This document shows positions 17,030 through 25,782 of a stretch of 64,000 bases of DNA, piece by piece. Within the stretch, counting starts at the first letter, position 1, and each line of letters opens with the position of its first letter. The translations under genes were made by a program, and so were the position numbers. The DNA is from a virus. The notes below the pieces were generated by a model that ran no database searches, was not told the DNA's origin, and was given only the letters and a program-made list of their open reading frames with translations. The stretch spans positions 1 to 64,000 of IMG/VR virus record IMGVR_UViG_3300045988_129625; one strand, written 5' to 3'.

Positions 17030-17383
17030 ATGAGAAAAGAACTGAAAATAATAGGATCAAGAGATCGGCACGTATTTACAGCGACATTCATTCGTTTTGG
17101 ATTCAGGGATGGGTATAAAGGACCTGTAAAGACAATACTTTTACAAGACGTGTTACTCGATGGTAAAATAGTAACAGATCATTTGTGGTTTGATTTGACA
17201 AAAGGATTCGAAAGCGCCGATTTATTACCAGGCGATGTGGTTGAGTTTTGTGCAAGGGTTAGTATTTACGAGAAAGGATATAAAGGATATAGGAATGACG
17301 TATTCGATAGGCCGATAGAAAAGGATTATCGATTGTCAAGACCAACAAAGATTAAAAAGATTGGGAAGAAATCAATAGATTGA
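17030..17383 (+). CDS. hypothetical protein (117 aa)
   Basis: Immediately follows the ATPase. Confidence 0.5.
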   Translation: MRKELKIIGSRDRHVFTATFIRFGFRDGYKGPVKTILLQDVLLDGKIVTDHLWFDLTKGFESADLLPGDVVEFCARVSIYEKGYKGYRNDVFDRPIEKDYRLSRPTKIKKIGKKSID

Positions 17384-17483
17384 CATACTACCGCGAACTT
17401 TAGGTGTGGGAGTATGTCGAAGAGATGACAGAAGGGCATCTTAGTAAAACTTGTATATTTGTGTCTAATTAATTAAAGGTGAG

Positions 17484-17798
17484 ATGAACTGGAAGAAATT
17501 CAAAGAGGAAAAACCTTCAGAGGGAGAAGAAGTGTTGGCTTATCACCCAAGTTGGATAGATGAAGATTTCAACCCAAGAGGTATAAGAATAGGGTTTTGG
17601 AATGGAGGAGACGATTTTAAATCGGCTCATTGGTGGGATTATCAAGATTGTTATATCACAATCTCTCATTGTGATTGTGATGATAATTCTCTTTTCAGTG
17701 ATAGAATAAAAAACAGCATAGAGCCAGAGTTATGGATATCACTTGATGTTATTACAAATTACTTACCTAACATAAAACAAAATCACTTATCACAATGA
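17484..17798 (+). CDS. hypothetical protein (104 aa)
   Basis: ORF in array. Confidence 0.5.
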   Translation: MNWKKFKEEKPSEGEEVLAYHPSWIDEDFNPRGIRIGFWNGGDDFKSAHWWDYQDCYITISHCDCDDNSLFSDRIKNSIEPELWISLDVITNYLPNIKQNHLSQ

Positions 17799-18178
17799 GC
17801 TATTTTATATTAATGGGAAGAAGAATCCCCAAGCAAGCCATAACAGGCTTCAAATTTCAAAATGAAACAGATAACATTCGTCCTTTCTTGTCAATCAGGA
17901 TAAGGGGAAAGGACGAAATTATACCTTTCAAAGATAAAAAGGAGATACAGTCTGTAAAAGCGCATCTGTGTTCTATCTTCTCCGGATTTGTAAAAATAGG
18001 CGACTGGTATCTCAAGATGTCGGAAGTTAAGGAATATAAGCCGGTGACTGCCGAAGACATGAACCCCTACATCTTATTCAAAACATCTAAGTTCGGAAAC
18101 ATAAAAGTTCGTTTCCCGAAAGATGAAGATATGGATGCCGAATTATTGGTGTTAGATCAACTTTTTGATGTAGAATGA
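17795..18178 (+). CDS. hypothetical protein (127 aa)
   Basis: ATGA overlap. Confidence 0.5.
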   Translation: MSYFILMGRRIPKQAITGFKFQNETDNIRPFLSIRIRGKDEIIPFKDKKEIQSVKAHLCSIFSGFVKIGDWYLKMSEVKEYKPVTAEDMNPYILFKTSKFGNIKVRFPKDEDMDAELLVLDQLFDVE

Positions 18179-18202
18179 ATTATTAATCATCTTTTAAAAA
18201 TC

Positions 18203-18454
18203 ATGACCTGGAAAGAATTAAAAGACAAAATATCCCTTATGACAGAAGAAGAGCAACAGCAAGAAGTTGCAGTTTGGGGAGAAAATATGAATCTAATGAA
18301 AGATTGTTCCTTGGAGAAAACAGACGAGGATTTGTACTATAATACTGAATGGGATTATACTTGTGAAGAGAGTGAATTGGAACCGGAAGACAAGAATGAC
18401 CCTGATGTACATAAGGTATATGAAGCAGGAATGCATTATATTTATTCAAATTGA
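18203..18454 (+). CDS. hypothetical acidic protein (83 aa)
   Basis: ORF in array. Confidence 0.45.
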   Translation: MTWKELKDKISLMTEEEQQQEVAVWGENMNLMKDCSLEKTDEDLYYNTEWDYTCEESELEPEDKNDPDVHKVYEAGMHYIYSN

Positions 18455-18472
18455 TTTAAAAAAGATCTGATT

Positions 18473-18766
18473 ATGGCAGCATTAACAACACTAAATATAA
18501 CGGAAAAGAACGCTAATAACAGTTTGTCTGTAACTGTTAAAGTGAATGTCACCAAAGAAGGAGTGTTTACCACTACCTTGTCAAAAGAAGATGTGGACAA
18601 GATTCATTCTTATGGGATCAAATTACCTACAAACAGATTAGGCAACGAAGGATATTTCAATAGTATAGCACTTTCTGATTTGGAAAGTCAAATCAGGGAA
18701 GTTCTGAAGAGATGTTTGAGTTATAAAATAGTAGAAGAAGTGCCTGTTATAATGCATTTAAAATAG
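18473..18766 (+). CDS. hypothetical protein (97 aa)
   Basis: ORF in array. Confidence 0.45.
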   Translation: MAALTTLNITEKNANNSLSVTVKVNVTKEGVFTTTLSKEDVDKIHSYGIKLPTNRLGNEGYFNSIALSDLESQIREVLKRCLSYKIVEEVPVIMHLK

Positions 18767-18900
18767 AATCAAGGTTTCTGACAGGATCGTATGAACAGTT
18801 TTGGATCATAAAAGAAAGTGTTTGCCCGGCTATTAAAGGGGAAGCGGGGTATAGCAAAGAAGAGTTTGATAAGGTAAACAAGGAAAACCAAGATCCAGAA

Positions 18901-19170
18901 TTGGAAAGTATAAATTCCTTCAATAACACTTTGAAAAATGCCAATGAAATTAAAGACAGGGTGTTGAAATACGTGTACAACATAAAACAAGAGCGTTCAT
19001 ATAACAATGACCTGGTTGGCATCTTTGAAAGGTATAAAGATATAGCAGACGGTGATATGGAGGTAGCTATGAATTTTATTAAGGAGGCCTATCCATTCAA
19101 TGAAGAAACAGAATCGTTTATCAGGAAAAAGTTTGACATGCCTATACCGGACGAATCAAAAGAGCAGTAA
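18901..19170 (+). CDS. hypothetical protein (89 aa)
   Basis: ORF in array. Confidence 0.4.
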   Translation: MESINSFNNTLKNANEIKDRVLKYVYNIKQERSYNNDLVGIFERYKDIADGDMEVAMNFIKEAYPFNEETESFIRKKFDMPIPDESKEQ

Positions 19171-19572
19171 TTAAGCCAAATTAAATCATTTTGAATCTTT
19201 TTTATTATCAAAAGACATATCTTTGCCCAAAAAAAACAAACATAATGGAAGAAAAAGAGATAAAAGAAGCAATAATCGAGAATAATGCATAACCCATACA
19301 AATCATAAACAATTTGTATTGTATTATGCATAATAGCCAAAAGCTATTCCGATTATTAGCCTAAGTGTTGAAACAAACACTACGTTATTTAAGAATAGAT
19401 AGTTACCTACGGATGTTTGCCCAAGTTCGTAGCTCTAAGGTAAGTGATTAAACAGTTCTGGTATTCAGGAACAGTGTTGCTTACAAAAAAAACCTTAAAT
19501 AACATTGGCGATGGGTACTAACAGAGTTTCACTCTGACTTATGTTGAATAAACATTAAAAACGTTTGTAGAT
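19171..19572 (+). ncRNA. candidate IscB omega RNA / IS200-605 left-end region
   Basis: 400-bp non-coding stretch immediately 5' of iscB; nested hairpin ATGCATAA-ATACAAAT-[cataaaca]-ATTTGTAT-TTATGCAT (19285-19331); TTACCT..AGGTAA/CTACG..CGTAG structure near 19390-19440; CAGAGT-ttc-ACTCTG and ATGTT..AACAT stems just before the ATG. Confidence 0.5.
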
Positions 19573-20799
19573 ATGGTGTACGTACAAGACATAAATGGTA
19601 AACCTATGATGCCTACAACAAGGCATGGTAAGGTTAGGAGACTGCTTAAAGACAAAAAGGCAATCGTTGTAAACCTATGTCCGTTTACCATCAAATTAAT
19701 GTACGTAACATCTGATTACAAACAAGAAATTGTGTTAGGCGTTGATGCTGGTACTAAACATGTTGGTCTATCGGCTACAACGAAAAGCAAAGAACTTTAC
19801 AGCAGTGAAGTTATTCTTAGAAATGATATCGTAGATCTTTTGTCTACCAGAAGGGAGCTACGAAGATCAAGACGAAATAGATTGAGATATAGAAAACCTC
19901 GTTTTGATAATAGAATAAAAAGTAGGCGTCCGGGATGAGTAGCACCTTCGGTGAAATACAAAGTAGACGCCCATATTCGTGTTATTGACAATGTATGTTC
20001 TATATTACCAATATCTCGTATTGTTATCGAAGTAGCTCAATTTGATACTCAAAAGATTAACAATCCTAATATATCAGGTAAAGAATATCAGGAGGGTGAT
20101 CAACTTGGATTTTGGAACGTTAGGGAATATGTTTTAGCAAGAGATGGACATAAATGCCAGCATTGTAAGGGAAAGTCAAAAGACCCAGTATTGAATGTTC
20201 ATCATATTGAATCACGAAAGACAGGTGGAGATTCCCCATCTAATCTTATTACCTTATGTGAAACTTGTCATAAAGAATACCATAAAGGTAATATAGATTT
20301 AAAGATCAAACGGGGATCGTCGCTTCGCGACGCAGCCGTAATGGGAATAATGAAATGGAGATTGTATGAAGAACTAAGGTCTAAATACAACAGAGTTTCT
20401 ATGACTTTCGGTTATGTTACAAAATACAATAGGATTAAACATGGTATTGAAAAATCTCATGTTTTCGATGCATTTGTTATTTCTAAAAACTTTGATGCTA
20501 TAAGGTTAGGATATTATTATAAAGTAAGATTAGTAAGAAGACATAATCGTCAGATCCATAAACAAAAGATTCCAAAAGGAGGGATAAAAAGACCAAATCA
20601 ATCTCCTTTTGAAGTTTTTGGTTTCCGATTGTTTGATAGGGTTATGTTTGAAAACAGTTATTATTTTATATTCGCAAGGCGTAAAACCGGTAGTTTTAAT
20701 ATTCGAGATATTGATGGTAAAAACCAAAGAGATATTACATACAAGAAATTGAAATTATCAAGGTGTAAACGCTTTATGGTACAAAAGGAAATGGATTGA
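19573..20799 (+). CDS. iscB: IscB RNA-guided nuclease (PLMP-RuvC-I-bridge helix-RuvC-II-HNH-RuvC-III) interrupted by one in-frame TGA at 19936-19938
   Basis: PLMP-like N-term (KPMMPTTRHGKVRRLLK), RuvC-I LGVDAGTKHVGLS, Arg-rich bridge helix RRELRRSRRNRLRYRKPRFDNR, RuvC-II IVIEVAQFD, HNH CQHCKGK..NVHHIESRK..LCETCH, RuvC-III SHVFDAF; ORFs 19573-19938 and 19951-20799 are in the same frame, separated only by TGA + 12 nt. Confidence 0.85.
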
Positions 20800-20822
20800 T
20801 TAATTTGAATAAAAATATAGAC

Positions 20823-21293
20823 ATGAATCGTTGGTTTGAAATTACGGTAAAAGCCGAGATTGATAATATCGAGAACGGCAAAAAAAAGAAAGTAACTGAA
20901 AAGTATTTAGTGGATGCCTTGTCTTACACAGAGGCAGAATCAAGATCGTTGGAGATCTTCAAGGATTTGTACAATTCTTTCGAGGTTGTAAAAATTAATC
21001 CTATTAAAGTGTCGGAAATCTTCTTCAACGGAGAAGCTGAGTACTGGTATAAGTGTAAGGTGAATTACATTACACTGGATGAAAAGAAAGGTAAAGAAAA
21101 GAAAACTCCATGCTATATGTATATCCAGGCCGGCAATCCTAAGGATGCCGAAGCTGTGTTGACTAAAGGTATGCAGGGTACGTTAGGAGACTGGAATTGC
21201 GAGTCTATTGTGGAAACGAAAATCATTGAAGTGTTTAAATACGATCTTCAGAAGGGAGCTGAAAAATTAGGCGAGAAGAAGAGTGAAGAGTAA
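20823..21293 (+). CDS. hypothetical protein (start trimmed from TTG 20796 to ATG 20823)
   Basis: First ATG in frame; begins 23 nt after iscB stop. Confidence 0.5.
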   Translation: MNRWFEITVKAEIDNIENGKKKKVTEKYLVDALSYTEAESRSLEIFKDLYNSFEVVKINPIKVSEIFFNGEAEYWYKCKVNYITLDEKKGKEKKTPCYMYIQAGNPKDAEAVLTKGMQGTLGDWNCESIVETKIIEVFKYDLQKGAEKLGEKKSEE

Positions 21294-21522
21294 GGCTGAT
21301 GTAGTTTCCAACATAGCGCTTGTTGTGGCGATAATATCATTGCTTTCAGCAGGCGCTTTCCTTCTGATAGTGATTAAGACAGACGAGGTATCTAAATTAT
21401 TAATGAACGTACCTTATCTACTGGCTTCAGCGGGATTATTCTTTTCAATAATATCATTATTATTCGAATGGAAAGCAAGGAAAAGAAGCTATACGTCTGC
21501 GAAAAATGCGGACGAAAAGTGA
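21283..21522 (+). CDS. small membrane protein (two hydrophobic helices)
   Basis: IALVVAIISLLSAGAFLLIVI and LLASAGLFFSIISLLF segments. Confidence 0.5.
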   Translation: MKSKADVVSNIALVVAIISLLSAGAFLLIVIKTDEVSKLLMNVPYLLASAGLFFSIISLLFEWKARKRSYTSAKNADEK

Positions 21523-21995
21523 TGATAAGAAGTCATGGCTTATGCCAGGCTTGCAGGAGTAAAGAGTTGACTCCGAAGAAAAAAGACAGAATTACATCCA
21601 TTAAAAACAGCAGCAAGAAGAAAAAGTTAGAGAACACGGATTTATCCGTGTTTTTTCGTCTTATGCTGGAAGAGTTAAATAATAGTCGGATGTCTATGAC
21701 CGGTAAGGCTATTCATTTTCCTACAGTATGTAACGTCTGTCACATACTTCCGAAAAGGATATATAAGTCGGTTGCTACTTGCAGGGATAATATAGTTTTC
21801 CTTCATGAATCGGAGCATACGGTATTCGACATGTATCTTGACCGGATGGAATTTGATAAACTTGAAACAGAATTTCCTTTTGTGTGGAAGTATGCGGTAA
21901 AGAAGGTACTGGATATGGAAAGCAGAGGAATGATCAAGGAAAGAGGTAGGTTGATTATTGAAATAATTGATAGATATGATAGAAGAAAAGATTAA
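21468..21995 (+). CDS. hypothetical Zn-ribbon protein (175 aa)
   Basis: CEKCGRK..CQACRS. Confidence 0.5.
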   Translation: MESKEKKLYVCEKCGRKVMIRSHGLCQACRSKELTPKKKDRITSIKNSSKKKKLENTDLSVFFRLMLEELNNSRMSMTGKAIHFPTVCNVCHILPKRIYKSVATCRDNIVFLHESEHTVFDMYLDRMEFDKLETEFPFVWKYAVKKVLDMESRGMIKERGRLIIEIIDRYDRRKD

Positions 21996-23295
21996 AATAT
22001 TAATAGATTTAGGGTTTGTACCTATGGTGGAAGGAGAAGGAAATACGTTGTTTAGAATGAACGATGTTGTGATGTCAGTATCAGATCCTAATCAAACACC
22101 GGAGCAATTAAAAAAGGAAGCTATGTCTTTAATAAAGAACAGAGACATAGCAGAAAGAGGCAGACAGGTTCCAGTAGTTAAAGAGCCGGCGCCTGAGCCA
22201 GAGCCGGTCCAGAAGGAGGAACCGGAAGCTCAGGCGGAGGAAGCCGCTCCTAACCCTGGAGAAGAAGATTCGAATCCGTTTACAGAAAATCAGGAAACAT
22301 TAGAGCCGTTTTATATCTGTGATGAGTTAAAGAAGATTGAGACCCCCAAATTCGTAAGATTGACATTAGACGATAATCGTTTTTATGTAAGAAAGATGGA
22401 TGATGGGACGGCTAAGATATATGCTTCGGTAACAACTTTAATCAAAGATGGGTATGTAGATGATAAGACAGCACTTCAGGAATGGAAGCAAGAGATAAAG
22501 ATGCTTGGTCGCAATCCAGAAGAGGTAGCGCAGTATGAAGCCGATAAGGGAACGATCATGCACTACTTATACGGATTGTACCTAACAGGTAGAGATATGG
22601 TCTTAAATCGAAGCTTTGTGGTTAAGACAGTGCAAGAAGGCAAGCTGAAGATATCTAAGAAAAATCTTGATCGGTTCTTTAATAGCATAGATGATCTTGA
22701 CGATATGATTGTCAGGGTCATGAAGTTTGCCAAATTCTGTTCTGATTACAAGGTGAAACCGATGATGATAGAAAGAATCCTTTCTTTAGAGGATTACCTT
22801 GTAGCAACACCTATTGATGCGATGGTTAAAATGACATTCAAATACAAAGAAGAAGGTTATTTTGGAGCCGTGTATCAAAGGGCTACCGGACAGTTCAAAA
22901 AAGGTGATCCGAAGAAGGAAGTAAGAGAAGTGGAAAAAGAAGAAGTGGTCATTCTTGACTTTAAATCGGGAGGAATATGGGAATCATATGCATTCCAATT
23001 GGAAGCTGAAAGAAGAATGGTTAAAGCATGGTATGGCATTGATGCACGTATTATGAACTTTTCTCCAAAAAGCACGAGCAGTAAAGGATATACGCTGAAA
23101 GAATGGACAGAAGACAGTGTAGCACTTGAAAAGGCGGACTGTGTGTTCCAACAAGGTATGTTGAATCACCTTAGAAAAGATAAGAAATTCAAAGTGAGAA
23201 AAGGAGTGTTGAATATCAATAAACCATACAATGAAGAGGATCATACGGTTGTATATGATATTGCAGAGGAAATATCTAAAAGGTTCATGATATAA
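21967..23295 (+). CDS. PD-(D/E)xK-family nuclease domain protein (442 aa)
   Basis: ..VVILDFKSGG..YAFQLEAERRMV resembles RecB/Cas4 D-x-K + QhxxY motifs; acidic low-complexity linker PAPEPEPVQKEEPEAQAEEAAPNPGEED. Confidence 0.45.
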   Translation: MIDMIEEKIKILIDLGFVPMVEGEGNTLFRMNDVVMSVSDPNQTPEQLKKEAMSLIKNRDIAERGRQVPVVKEPAPEPEPVQKEEPEAQAEEAAPNPGEEDSNPFTENQETLEPFYICDELKKIETPKFVRLTLDDNRFYVRKMDDGTAKIYASVTTLIKDGYVDDKTALQEWKQEIKMLGRNPEEVAQYEADKGTIMHYLYGLYLTGRDMVLNRSFVVKTVQEGKLKISKKNLDRFFNSIDDLDDMIVRVMKFAKFCSDYKVKPMMIERILSLEDYLVATPIDAMVKMTFKYKEEGYFGAVYQRATGQFKKGDPKKEVREVEKEEVVILDFKSGGIWESYAFQLEAERRMVKAWYGIDARIMNFSPKSTSSKGYTLKEWTEDSVALEKADCVFQQGMLNHLRKDKKFKVRKGVLNINKPYNEEDHTVVYDIAEEISKRFMI

Positions 23296-23317
23296 AAAGC
23301 AATGAGAGGAGCTAAGG

Positions 23318-24331
23318 ATGCTTGATTTTAGAAAATACGAAAACGTACCTCGGTTTCAACTTGACCGCAGGCCTGGCAGGAGCCGACTGAAGCTAACCTG
23401 CCCGGCTTGCGGGAAAAGCCGGTGCCTTACCCCTTATATTGATGTGGCGACCGGTCAGGTTGTTGGAAACGAGTTCGGAAGATGCGATCATGAACGGACT
23501 TGCGGTTACGATAAACGACCTACCGGCAAGGATGTAGGTGATAAAGATCTTTGGATTTCAGGAAATAAATGCATAAGAGCTTATCGTCCTCCTGTAAACC
23601 CTGATGTTATAAATTACATACCTTTTAGCGAGTTTGAGAGGACTGTGGTTCCAGATGATAGAAATACTGTATTTAGGTTTTTATCGTCTCTATGGGGAAA
23701 AGAAAGGGTATCTGACGTGTTTAGAAGGTATCATGTTGGAACAATGGACTTATGGGGATGGAAAGGGTGTTGTATATTCTGGCAGATAGATAAGGACTTT
23801 GTATGTAGAACCGGCAAGATTATGGATTTTTACATAAAGACCGACAGCCAGGGGAATGAGATTGATGTAAAAAGAGTGAAGGAAAAAGATGGTGACAATG
23901 AGCGACCTCATGTCATGTTTTATCACTCGTTGCATGCAAGAGACTTCTTGTTTAGACAATGCCTGTTTGGAGAACATCTTCTAAGCCAGTATCCGGATAA
24001 GGTGGTTAATTTGGTGGAATCAGAAAAGACGGCTATTATATGCGCTATGAATAAACCGGATAAGTTATTTGTAGCTACCGGTGGGTTGCAGAATCTAAGG
24101 CCGGAAGTGATAGATGTTTTAAAAGATAGAAAGACTGTAGCTTTTCCGGACAAAGGACAAGCATTTGAGACATGGAGTAAAAAGATAGATGGGATGATGA
24201 TGAAGTCAAGGATAAAAGTATCGGACTATCTTCAAAATGTTGAAAATGTAGGAGACGGAGATGATGTGGCAGATTTGATAATCAATAACAAGGTAAAAGA
24301 AAAATATCATGAGCCTGGATGTTTATATTAA
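23318..24331 (+). CDS. putative DNA primase (Zn-binding N-terminus + TOPRIM-like region)
   Basis: LTCPACGKSRC..GRCDHERTCGY; later ESEKTAIICAM..ATGG..VAFPDKGQAF acidic TOPRIM-like motifs. Confidence 0.45.
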   Translation: MLDFRKYENVPRFQLDRRPGRSRLKLTCPACGKSRCLTPYIDVATGQVVGNEFGRCDHERTCGYDKRPTGKDVGDKDLWISGNKCIRAYRPPVNPDVINYIPFSEFERTVVPDDRNTVFRFLSSLWGKERVSDVFRRYHVGTMDLWGWKGCCIFWQIDKDFVCRTGKIMDFYIKTDSQGNEIDVKRVKEKDGDNERPHVMFYHSLHARDFLFRQCLFGEHLLSQYPDKVVNLVESEKTAIICAMNKPDKLFVATGGLQNLRPEVIDVLKDRKTVAFPDKGQAFETWSKKIDGMMMKSRIKVSDYLQNVENVGDGDDVADLIINNKVKEKYHEPGCLY

Positions 24332-24659
24332 GAACAAGAAGAAAGAAGATCGTGAATGGGTTGCAAACATTACCCACAACATGAACAAGATGGCACAAAG
24401 AATATTCGTATCAGAAAATAAAGAAACGCTGTACGATTATGTTTGGAGACCAGAAGAATTGGGTAGGGAAATAGATACCGATGAGATGAAGAATGTACTT
24501 ACAAAAGGTATATGTATTATGATCTCTAAGAGAAAAAGTCTTTTGAAATACGAGCCGGAAAACGGATGGGGGTCTTATGATTCATTTCTTAAGTTTCTTA
24601 TCGAATATAAAGAGGCGTGTGAAGATCATCCGGGTTATATAATTGAAGCAAGTAGATAA
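24309..24659 (+). CDS. hypothetical protein (116 aa)
   Basis: ORF in array. Confidence 0.5.
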   Translation: MSLDVYIKNKKKEDREWVANITHNMNKMAQRIFVSENKETLYDYVWRPEELGREIDTDEMKNVLTKGICIMISKRKSLLKYEPENGWGSYDSFLKFLIEYKEACEDHPGYIIEASR

Positions 24660-24918
24660 TATGGAAAATTACAAAAACACTTTAAACGAGGTAGTGGTGA
24701 TTGAATCGTCGCCAGAAACGTATTTTGTTTACGCTATTCGTAATGCTATTCGTATCTCTAAATGTGCGTATCCGACAGCCAAGAAAGTAATTTTCAAAAG
24801 AGAGGACGTAGAGGTAGAGATCTCAGAAATGGAAACTGAAAGCAGTTTGTATGAAAAGTTTAAAGAAAAACAAAAGAATAGGGTATGGAACTTAATGAGC
24901 GCCAACAACGGGTTTTAA
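24643..24918 (+). CDS. hypothetical protein (91 aa)
   Basis: ORF in array. Confidence 0.45.
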   Translation: MKQVDNMENYKNTLNEVVVIESSPETYFVYAIRNAIRISKCAYPTAKKVIFKREDVEVEISEMETESSLYEKFKEKQKNRVWNLMSANNGF

Positions 24919-25451
24919 GAGGCGAAATTTGTCCTTATTGCGGAAGGGAAACCGAGCTGGTCAATGCCGATAAAATATATAGCAGAAAAGGCTTAGGTAT
25001 GGTTATGATGTGCAAACCATGCAATGCTTATGTCGGTGTTCATGAATCAGGGCCGAATAAGGGAAAAGCTAAAGGCCGGCTTGCGGGGCCATCACTGAGG
25101 TCTCTTAAGATAAGAGTCCATGCCGAACTTGATAGACTATGGTCTACGCCGGAGGAACGGGAAAGGACGTATAAAGATTTATCTGAATTTCTCGCTATAC
25201 CAGAAGAATACACACATATAGGTATGTTTGGCGAGAAGACGATGGGAAAAGTCTTTCAGTTCTGTCATGCAAACAAAGAACGATCAGGTTCGAGAATAGA
25301 ATGGCATAAGCCTGGAGATAAGTGCCCTAATAAAAACAATCAAATAGTGTCAGGAAGTAGCGCATGTAGAGGATGTCCTGAGTATCTTCATGATGAGAAA
25401 GACGGGTATGTCTGGTGTGATCCTGATATGAGCTACGGCAGGTTGAAATAG
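24885..25451 (+). CDS. hypothetical Zn-finger protein (188 aa)
   Basis: CPYCGRE..CKPCNAY..CRGCPEY. Confidence 0.55.
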   Translation: MELNERQQRVLRGEICPYCGRETELVNADKIYSRKGLGMVMMCKPCNAYVGVHESGPNKGKAKGRLAGPSLRSLKIRVHAELDRLWSTPEERERTYKDLSEFLAIPEEYTHIGMFGEKTMGKVFQFCHANKERSGSRIEWHKPGDKCPNKNNQIVSGSSACRGCPEYLHDEKDGYVWCDPDMSYGRLK

Positions 25452-25503
25452 GGCGCGAATTGCCTATCTTTGTGCTATTATTAATCAAAAAAAATATAAG
25501 CAC

Positions 25504-25782
25504 ATGGGTAGATCGACAGAGTACTACAGGACTCATCCCGAAGCCAGGAAGAAAAAGGCTAAAAAGGACAAGGAGATAAATGCCAGACCGGAACAGAAAG
25601 CCAAACGCCGAGAGCTTGGTCGTAAAAACTACGAAACGGACAAGAAGAAGGGTAAGGGCTGGAGAAAAGGAAAGGATTGTTCTCATACCAAGAACGGTCT
25701 TAGGTATAAATCAGTAAAAGCTAATAGGGGATCCAAATCGGATACGAAAGGTGACAAAAATGCAAGAGGATCTGAAAAATAA
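25504..25782 (+). CDS. highly basic Lys/Arg-rich small protein (92 aa), candidate nucleic-acid-binding protein
   Basis: About 40% K+R; overlaps the helicase start by 32 nt. Confidence 0.45.
   Translation: MGRSTEYYRTHPEARKKKAKKDKEINARPEQKAKRRELGRKNYETDKKKGKGWRKGKDCSHTKNGLRYKSVKANRGSKSDTKGDKNARGSEK

Noticed and set aside
19089-19340. Minus-strand 83-aa ORF in the iscB leader
   Set aside because: It is low-complexity and Phe/Leu/Cys-rich, and it overlaps the structured candidate omega RNA region and a plus-strand gene end. Probably spurious.
20796-20822. TTG start at 20796 overlapping the iscB stop
   Set aside because: The first ATG in frame is at 20823, so the TTG call is probably an ORF-finder artefact.
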